From: Squalus acanthias
Taxonomy: Eukaryota
Direction: 5' to 3'
DNA length: 64,000 nucleotides
NCBI GenBank assembly: GCA_030390025.1
Contig: CM059438.1
Location: 67,892,001-67,956,000 of the forward strand
In this document: positions 56,112 to 64,000 of the stretch, piece by piece
How positions within the stretch are numbered: the stretch's first letter is position 1
Layout of the letters: every line of letters starts with the position of its first letter
Made by a program: the position numbers and the translations under genes
The notes under the pieces: generated by a model
What the model was told of the DNA's origin: nothing
The model's database searches: none
What the model saw: only the letters and a program-made list of their open reading frames with translations

Positions 56112-57734
56112 GGACTGGATTTTCCAAGCCCCGAGGAGGCGGGCATGGAGGCGGGACAGCCGGTAAACTCGGAGAAAGTGGGGGCGGATGGCAAACCCGC
56201 CCCCATCCCACCTCCGTGCCCTTTTGCCAGGAGGTGGGAAGATGTGCAGCTTCGAGTCCCGTCTCCTGGAGGCGGGAAAGGCATTTAATACTTTTAACTG
56301 CCTGTTAACAGGTAGTTAACAGGCAGAAAAAAGGATTAGTGCCATTTTACCTTCACAGGTGAAGGCTTCCCAACCTCGGAGAATCCCGTCGGGTTGGAGG
56401 AGACGTGGAGGAGGTCTGCGGCGGTCGGAGGCACCTGGAAGTAAGGTGTAGAGGTGAGTGATGGGTGCAAGTGTGGAGTGGTATGTATGCAAGGTGAGTG
56501 ATAAGTTTAAAAAAGTGTTCACTTACCTTGTTTTCTTCATACAGCCTTTAGCCACGGTGGATCGGGAGAGCCGACATGCTGCTTGTCAATTTCACAGACT
56601 GGCTGTTGGAACCTCTGTTCCAATAGGCATTTGAAATTTACAAAGTTGAAAGGTTTGATGAGTCCTCACCACAAAGTCTCATCAAACTAAAGAAAATGTC
56701 AGTGTTTGACAGCTTCACAGAGCTGTCAAATGCTGACATTTCTTCTTTGAAGAAGTCTTGACAGACAGCACGTCTGACGTTGACGTGATCTGTCAGTGAC
56801 TTCCTCCCTAATTGGCACACGTCGACGACGAAGTCCAACACCGCCTTCAGTGTGCCAGTGCAGCCTTCGGTCGCCTGAGGAAGAGAGTTTTGAAGATCAG
56901 GACCTCAAACCCGGCACTAAGCTCATGGTCTACAGAGCAGCAGTGATATCCGCCCTGCTGTATGCCTCAGAGACATGGACCATGTACAGCAGGCACCTCA
57001 AAGCACGGGAGAAGTACCACCAACGCTGCCTCCGCAAGATCCTGCAAATCCATTGGCAGGACAGGTGCACCAACGTCAGTGTTCTCGCTCAGGCCAAAAT
57101 GCCCAGCATCGAAGCTTTGACCATGCTCGATCAGCTCCGATGGACGGGTCACATTGTCCGCATGCCAGATACGAGACTCCCAAAACAAGCGCTCTACTCG
57201 GAGCTCTGGCACAGCAAGAGAGCCCCAGGTGGGCAGAGGAAACACTTCAAGGACACCCTCAAAGCCTCCTTGAAAAAGTGCAACATCCCCACCGACACCT
57301 GGGAATCCCTGGCCCAAGACCGCACAAAGTGGAGGAGAAGCATCCGGGAAGGCGCCGAACACCTCGAGTCTCTTCGGCGGAAGCAAGCGGAAGCTAAGCA
57401 CAGGCAGCGCAAGGAGCGCACGTCAACCCAAGCACCCCACCCACCCACCCCTTCAACCACCGTCTGCCCCACCTGTGACAGAGAATGTAGGTCCCGCATT
57501 GGACTCATCAGTCACCTGAGAACTCATTTTTAATGTGGAAGCAAGTCATCCTCGGTTCCGAGGGACAGCTTAAGAAGAAGAAGAAGAATTGGCCTGCTGA
57601 GCCCGCAGGGCAGGCTTAACAAGGTCAATCAGGGGAAAATCCCTCTGGTTGGTCGTGCGAGGATGGAGGCGGGACATTGAAATGACAAGCAGCTGTCTCG
57701 CCTCCAACCCGCCTCCATTCACAAAATCCAGCCC
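56112..57734. mobile_element. Non-autonomous PIF/Harbinger-type element (~0.85 kb once the nested RTE is removed)
   Basis: Left end GGACTGGATTTT (56,112-56,123) and right end AAAATCCAGCCC (57,723-57,734). Subterminal inverted blocks ggaggcgggcatggaggcgggacagc / gctgtctcgcctccaacccgcctcc. Flanks are ATA and TTA (imperfect 3-bp TSD). The TIR is the same as in the element at 58,807-63,052. Confidence 0.8.
56817..57586 (+). mobile_element. 5'-truncated RTE-clade (BovB-like) LINE with (AAG)5 tail and 7-bp TSD
   Basis: Reads VDDEVQHRLQCASAAFGRLRKRV, then a 1-bp frameshift, then FEDQDLKPGTKLMVYRAAVISALLYASETW, QLRWTGHIVRMPDTRLPKQALY, GGQRKHFKDTLK, and a C-terminal C2H2 motif CPTCDRECRSRIGLISHLRTH (stop 57,533). 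Tail aag x5 at 57,572-57,586. AATTGGC at 56,810-56,816 and 57,587-57,593. Confidence 0.93.
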
Positions 57735-57735
57735 T

Positions 57736-57887
57736 TAGAATCATACAGGTCATTTGGCCCATCGTGCTTGTGTCGGCTTTTTGAAAGAGCTACATAATTA
57801 GTCCCATTCCCCTGCCTATTCCCCATCGCCCTGCAAATTTCTCCTTTTCAAGCATTTATCCAATTCCCTTTTGAAAGTTACTATTGA
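57736..57887 (-). mobile_element. Short CR1 3'-end fragment
   Basis: tagaatcatacaggtcatttggcccatcgtgcttgtgtcggc...tttcaagcatttatccaattcccttttgaa matches the reverse-complement pattern of CR1 3' ends seen elsewhere in the window. Confidence 0.65.
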
Positions 57888-59085
57888 CCCACACATAGTT
57901 GAAACAGAGCAGAAAGATCTTTACTCTTTATCCAACTGCATTACACTGCCTTGGGAATGTTTGATGCTGACTTCTGGTACCCAAGATGGAAAACATACTA
58001 TTCCCGAGCACTAATATCTCTCCCTCGGATGAAAGGAAAAAATAAATGGTTAATGGTTTTGTAGCAAAGAATGAATGTTCTTGGCCTGTTTGAGAGCCAA
58101 CTCATTTGCATATCAAAGAAACTCAATGCCAAATATTTTAACAGAAAAATGAATTTAATCTAATGTTCCTTTTAAGTAAGTCTATAATTTAAAATAAAAT
58201 GCCATACTATCATTTCTACAAACTGTAATCATTTTATTCATTGAAAGGCTTTACTTTACTTCTTTCATCAAAATTAATATACCTTTCAGTTTTTTAATAA
58301 TGTGAGTATTAAAGCACACACACATTTTAATAAAATGTTTTCTTTTATTTATAATACTTTATCATCCTTTCAGGGCTTATCGTGAAGAATTAGAAAATTG
58401 TGCGTTTCTGGGGTTTTTTCCCAACGCACTGTTCATTTGATGAACATGCTGTAGCCTCAGTGGGCATCATCTCTTTCTTGAAGCAAATTTTTTGCAGAAC
58501 GATTGGAGCTGCCGAGGCAATGGCTTAAGGTTTGCGATCTATTGGATTTGTGAGCATTGTAGCAGCCCTGCCATCTGCTACTGTTTAACAGCTTGTCGAT
58601 TTAGTCTTTGCTGCTTCTGAAGATGCTGCCTGCTGTTTGGTGAAACCCATATGTGGTTTACTTCTTGGCCTTTTCAGCTTTACAACTTTTTTTTTTAGCC
58701 AATTCTGGATTCAGTTCATTTTGATCAACAATGGTGCCCGCCAAGACCCTTTCAAGAAAATTTTTTCGATCCGTTATTAAATTCCACGTGAATCAACAGC
58801 AACTTTGGGCTGGATTTTGATACTGGGGCGGGTTGGGGTCGTGTCATCCGCTTTTCGTGTTGCCCACCTGACTCCAGATTAATGTGGATGAATGATGCGA
58901 TTTTAACTTCATTGGCCAATTGAGTTCCAACATGTGGGAACCCATGGCCAATGAGTTATTCCAGTCTGAAAGTCGCCTCCGATGACGTCATCATTGCTGC
59001 TGCATTTAAGGTCTGCAGCAAGCCTTGCTTCCTCTGCAGGCTGCCAAGCTTTTGGACCTCTATTCTAAAGGCAACTGCAGCAGGA

Positions 59086-61001
59086 ATGGCCAGCCAACGG
59101 CCCAGGTCTGTTCCCAGGTTCCATGACGTTGCCCTGCAGGCTTTGGTGGATGTAGCAAGAGCCAACAGGGAGGTGCTCTTCCCCTCCTCAGGGAGGAAGA
59201 AGCCTCCCCAGCAGACCAAGGCTGTGTGGGTCCAGATCGCCCAGGAGGTCACCTCCTTATCATTCACCTGCAGAACCTGGATCCAGTGCAGGAAGAGGTT
59301 TCATGACCTTCTACGTACTGCTAAAGTGAGTATGACTTTCCCTTCACCCTCAATCTGATCCCCATTGCCTCTCCTCACCAGCACTCAGCTTCAGCAACCT
59401 CTTCCTCCATATCCCACTTGACACTGACATCCATGCACCCTTACCCATTCCCTCACCCGCTATGGTCACATTCACCTTACTATTTGACTATGCAGCCCTC
59501 ACACTACCTATCACTGTCATGCTTTGAAAACAACTTACAACACACAGGGAGGGCCCTTGGTCTCGCCACCTCACTCCATCTTTGTCTCCTTCTAAGCATC
59601 TATGCTATGGATTTTCTACACTCACTCCTTCAATCTCACTCAAACTCCACTGTCTCCCTCATTGCAGGAAAAGAGAGCTCACAATAAAAGGGAAAGAGCC
59701 AGGACAGGAGAAGGGCTACCCTCATTAGCCCAGCTCACCCCCTGGGAGGATGCGGTCCTGGAGATTGTGGGCGTAGAGGAGGATACGCAAGTGGGGGACG
59801 GACAGACGGGTGCATCAGAGCAAGCTGGTGACTGAATAGTGTTCCATCTCTCTCATTGACATTGCATGAGTCGCTGATAATGAATCTGAAGCTCTAACAG
59901 ATGGATTTATGATCATCTGCAATATCCCCCACAGGACCATCGCAAGCACCCATCCCCACTAGCCAGGAGGAAGAGCCTGAGCAGACAGACTCCTCAGAGG
60001 AAGCTGCAACCTCTGAGGGCGCAGCGTCAGCAGAATTCAGCGCACCCAGCACCAGCGCAGACACTCACGCCTCGGTGGGACCCTCGGGACATAGAGTAGT
60101 GTTGTCACCTGGTGTATCACAGCTCACAAGTGAGCATCAGCAGATAGTGGAGACAGGGACAGCAGTGGAGAGTCCTAGTTGGAAGGCGCAGGACTCTGTC
60201 AGCTCGGCTCAGCTGCATGTTGACCCTCTGCCTCTGGGTCCATCCATAAGATCAGCGGTGCTGGGACTCCAGGAATAGATGCAGGAGTCTCTGACAGGTT
60301 TTGTCTCCAGGATCGCTGCGAGTGTGGAGCGAATGGAGGAGTCCATAGCGAACATGAGCAGAGCCTTTGTGGAGTCATTGGCGCATGAACGCATCACCAT
60401 GGAAAGGATGGCAACCTCTGTGGAAAGGACGGCTACAGTAGAGGAGAGGATGGCTATGGCTATGGAGGAGATAAGTCGCCAGAGTGCAGAAAACATGGTC
60501 ATTGTTCAGAATAGACTGGCATCTCTTGAGGAGCGATGGTCATCTATTGAACAGAGAAACCAGACCTTCATGGAAGGCCTTCTGAGTAGGACTTCCAGTG
60601 CAGATACGGGTCCCCATGGCCCCCCTGATGTGCAGCAAGGTGCTCTCAAGCCACTTGCAAGCGCTGAGGTGGACCTGACCCCTGAGAGGGATGTTGATGG
60701 CACACAACAAGGATGTGGGGGCTCCTCTCCAAGCGCTCACACTTCCATGCCACTGACAAGTCCTCGGTCAGAGCCCCACCAGAGTCTGCACCCAAGTGAG
60801 ATCGGCGTCTCAACCCCTGCCCAGCCGCAGGAGCAGCAGACTGTTGCCGAGCCCTCGCAGGTTCGCAACCCCAGGGGACGCCCACCAAAGGAGTCAAGAC
60901 AGGAGCAGCAACAAACTGAGCAGGGGGCCTCCACTTCTGCTGAAGCCACAGGGGAAGCACCACGTAGGAGCATGCGTAAGAGAAAGAAACTGCACAAATA
61001 G
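59086..61001 (+). pseudogene. Harbinger Myb/SANT-like DNA-binding protein gene; predicted exons 59,086-59,325, 59,668-59,827, 59,935-61,001; one in-frame TAG at 60,276-60,278
   Basis: Exon 1 MASQRPRSVPRFHDVALQALV...AVWVQIAQEV...RTWIQCRKRFHDL has a Myb/SANT-like W pattern and ends at a GTGAGT donor. Exon 2 follows a ttgcag acceptor and reads EKRAHNKRERARTGEG. A phase-1 intron GTGACT...ccacag restores the frame into GPSQAPIPTSQEEE. A coiled-coil-like segment and a basic C-terminus RRSMRKRKKLHK follow. AATAAA at 61,069. Confidence 0.85.
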
Positions 61002-61258
61002 TCACAAGGGTAGTCACTTGGGTGAATTTTGATGTTTAATGTGAAAAAGCCATCAGGTGTAAAGTGTAAATAAAAACTCTGATGGCTACAGCTGCAGTTG
61101 TGGCGTCTGTCATTTCGCTAATGGGACTTCCACAATGAGGCCTTAGGATAACTTGCAATTGTCAGTATGGTGGTCACATTGTTAGGGATCCGCTGGGTCT
61201 GGGCCATTGTCGTAGCTCTGGTAAGAAGCTGCGAGGCAAAAGTGCTTGCTTGTCTAGG

Positions 61259-62521
61259 CTAAGCAAATCTGGCCAAGATGAATGCGTTCCTTGCATTCCG
61301 GGCAGCTATGGTCTCGTGTAATGCTGCCGCTGGTTGAGGGGCCTCTGCAAGTTGTTAGTTCTCTCTCTCCTCCTCCTCCTCCTCCTCCTCCTCCTCCTCC
61401 TCCTCATCTGAGGAGGCTATGTGAGGAGCCACTTGGTCCTCCGGCATCTGTAAGCCACGACGCTGTGCCATGTTGTGAAGTGCACAGCAAACCACGACGA
61501 TTCTGGAGACCCTGGCTGCTGAGTATTGCAGGGCTCCACCTGATCTATCCAGGCATCTGAAGCACATCTTCAGCATACCGATGGGTTGCTCGATTATGGC
61601 TCTGGTGGAAATGTGGCTGGAGTTGTAGCTCTCCTCAGCTGCGTTGGATGGGCTCCTCAACGGCGTCATTAGCCACGTCTTCAGGGGATAGCCCTTGTCT
61701 CCAAGTAGCCATCCGTGAAGTTGGTCTGGTGAACTGAATAGCGGAGGCACACTAGACTGGAGCAGTATGAAGGAGTCATGGCAACTGCCAGGGTACTTGG
61801 CACAAACATGCAGAACTTCCTTCTTGTGGTCACACACCAGCTGAACGTTGAAGGAGTGGAAGCCCTTGCGGTTGACAAAAATACCTGGATTGTGATGGGG
61901 TGCCTTAAGGGCCACATGTGTTCAGTCAACGACCCCCTGCACCCTTGGAAAGCCTACCAGATTAGCTAATCCAACAGCACGCGCCGTGACACTTGCTCGA
62001 TCCTTGGTGAAATGGATGTGATTGTGCGCGATGGCAAAGAGGGCATCGGTTACCTGCATGATGCAGGTGTGTGCGGCCGCCTGGGAGATGCCGCTGATGT
62101 ATGCTGCTGATCCCTGGAATGAGCCTGAGGCAAAAAAGTTGAGTGCGGTGGTGACTTTGACGGCCACTGGTAAGGGGTGTCCACCTGGTCCTCTGGGCTC
62201 CAGGTCTTGTTCCAGCATTGCGCAGATGTCACCCACTACCTCTCGCAAAAGTCGGAGCCGCCTTTGGCACTGCTGCTCACACATTTTGAGGTAGCTGACC
62301 CTCTGTCTGTAGACCCTGTTTGGGGGGTGTCTCCTGCGCCGACGGCCTTCCATGCACTGGCTCCTTCTGTCCTGTGCAGCTTCAGGTGGGTGAGCAGCAG
62401 CTTGGCGCCCCAGCTGTTGCTGCTGCTGTTGGTGCTGCTGTTGTTCATGGTTCTGCTGGTGCCGCGGCTGCTGTTCCTCCTCATCGGATGCCCAGGAGGG
62501 AAGGAAATAAATGGCTCCCAT
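61259..62521 (-). pseudogene. Harbinger (HARBI1-like) DDE transposase, 421 codons including the stop, with two in-frame stops (61,924-61,922 and 61,357-61,355)
   Basis: Motifs LPVAVKVTTALNFFASGSFQ, GISQ, FPRVQGVVD*THVAL (canonical G-x-I-D-C-T-H), [36 protein letters not shown]...[19 protein letters not shown]. Reading through the TAA gives the family-like end ARNARNAFILARFA*. Confidence 0.92.
61368..61403. repeat. (TCC)12 microsatellite encoding poly-Glu in the transposase
   Basis: Perfect tcc run; the minus-strand frame reads EEEEEEEE. Confidence 0.9.
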
Positions 62522-63749
62522 GCCTCTGGTATATGTCTCAGTTGAGGAAGCGCTCAATGAGGGTGGAGAGAGGGGGTTCCCAGGAGGTCACACTGCAGAT
62601 GGGTGTCAGGCTCCAAACTTCCAGAGCTGTGGTTATGCCTTCTAAAAGTTCCCCCCAGACCTGTGACAACAAAGTCCTGCCACTTGCAATTGATGGCTGA
62701 TCAAATCTCCTATTTAAAGGTTGAGCTACAGCTGATAGTCAGCTATCCACTTGTGCTCCCACCAGGTTTCACTGGCGTGTTTCACATCAGGCGTGCTTCA
62801 CGTGGGAAAAGGGTTAAACTAGCTAAAACGTTTTAAAATGGCATTACAGAGCCAATTTAGGGATTGTTAAGGGCTTTAATGGCCTCTCCCGCCTCTTGGA
62901 GGCAGGACGGAGTCGGGAACCCCGCGACCGATTTTGTCAAAATTGCGTGGAGGCGGAATGGAGTCGGGATCAGGTCCGCCCGCCACTTTTCGCTATTTTA
63001 ACCCCGCACACGCCTCCAAACCCGCCTCCATGGGTCATTGAAAATCCAGCCCTTTGACTTCATCAAGCACCTTTAACAAAATAAGGCATCCCCCCACCGC
63101 ATCCCCCCCCCCCCCCCAGGTGGCTCGCAGTGCAAAGATCAAAGGCCTGTGTGCTTCCTTCCATTTATTTCTCCCATTTATAATTAAGTGGTACCTGTTA
63201 CGTCAGCACTTGTGCAAGCCTGACATTCAGGGGAATGGTCGTCAATTTTTCAGAAATTCTCATGATTTTCTCGAACTATTTGCGTACCATCAATATTAAT
63301 TGTTCATGACTGCAGATGTTTTGCTATTGAGCAGCTATGATGGGTATTTGAGCATCAGTGGTTTCTGCAATCGAATGCTTTTTACAGTGCAATTTTCAGG
63401 TACAATTTTAATTAGCTCCTAAATTTACAGTCTATTATCCAGTGTTTGTCAGCTTTAAAATGGTCACTAAGAAGTTTGGTTTTCAGTTTAACAGTTGATT
63501 GGATTAAACAGAATCATTTGCATCACCAAATCTGATATTCGTGTTTAATCTGCTATCGAGCCTGCCAATGATTAGTGTTGTGAATCAATTTCAATGAACA
63601 AGTAAGTGCTACAGTTGGTAATTTAGCTGCATTAGATTAAACAGAGCATTTTGCTGTTCATTCTGGTATGGACCATCCTGGAATGATGTCATTGTACATC
63701 ATGTGCGTACTGCTTTGTACCACAGTAATTACGAAAATCCAATACTATT

Positions 63750-64000
63750 ACAACAACAACAACTTGTATTTATATAGCGCCTTTACCACAGTAAAACATC
63801 CTAAGGCGCTGCACAGGAGTGTTATAAGACAAAAAATGTTACATCGAGCCACCTAAGGAGAAATGAGGGCAGGTGACCAAAAGCTTGGTCAAAGAGGTAG
63901 GTTTTAAGGAGCGTCTTAAAGGAGGAAAGTGAGGTAGCGAGGCGGAGAGGTTTAGGCAGGGAATTCCAGAGCTTAGTGCCTAGGCAACAGAAGGCACGGC
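63750..64000 (-). mobile_element. L2-clade LINE 3' end (continues beyond the window)
   Basis: The minus strand reads RAFCCLGTKLWNSLPKPLRL (RT C-terminal motif) and ends in aggcgctatataaatacaag(ttg)n, a typical L2 3' tail. Confidence 0.8.

Larger units (their letters stand above)
58807..63052. mobile_element. Full-length PIF/Harbinger DNA transposon (4,246 bp), autonomous-type layout, inactivated by nonsense codons
   Basis: Perfect 12-bp TIRs GGGCTGGATTTT (58,807-58,818) and AAAATCCAGCCC (63,041-63,052), with imperfect extension. TTT lies on both flanks (58,804-58,806 and 63,053-63,055). Two convergent genes: Myb/SANT-like (+) and DDE transposase (-). Confidence 0.95.

Noticed and set aside
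61922..61924. TGA at a Cys position as selenocysteine or readthrough
   Set aside because: The same element has two other nonsense codons and I identified no SECIS. Simple decay is more parsimonious.
61259..62521. Domesticated host gene HARBI1
   Set aside because: It lies between TIRs with a TSD, next to a Myb-like partner, and carries nonsense codons. It is a transposon copy, so no gene symbol is assigned.
60209..62836. Antisense and alternative-frame ORFs inside the Harbinger, and similar ones inside the RTE
   Set aside because: They are shadow ORFs of GC-rich coding sequence on the other strand or frame.

Overview
Eukaryotic, repeat-only window with no recognisable host gene. The repeat families (CR1, L2, RTE, Harbinger, tRNA-like SINE) suggest a vertebrate, probably a cartilaginous fish; this is inference. 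Bases 1-~47,029 are one uninterrupted tandem satellite of 37/39-bp monomers (consensus GTCACAGGACAGAGAGTGGAGAG[AG][TG]TCAG[TTC/CTT]AAAC[A/T]), roughly 1,200 copies. It contains kb-scale internal duplications and position-specific variants, and all ORFs in it are artefacts. The array runs directly into a deleted CR1-type LINE (ORF1 fragment plus ORF2 EN/RT, ~47.0-49.5 kb). More CR1 fragments on both strands, a tRNA-like SINE and short repeats follow. A Harbinger-type non-autonomous element (56,112-57,734) carries a nested 5'-truncated RTE LINE with a 7-bp TSD. A complete 4.25-kb PIF/Harbinger transposon (58,807-63,052) has TIRs, a TTT duplication, a three-exon Myb/SANT-like gene and a convergent DDE transposase; both genes are disrupted only by in-frame stops. 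The window ends in the 3' end of an L2 LINE. I see no convincing wholly new biological system. The most interesting leads are the reconstructable Harbinger and its partner element, the satellite/CR1-ORF1 junction, and a speculative 23-RSS-like geometry of the 39-bp monomer.
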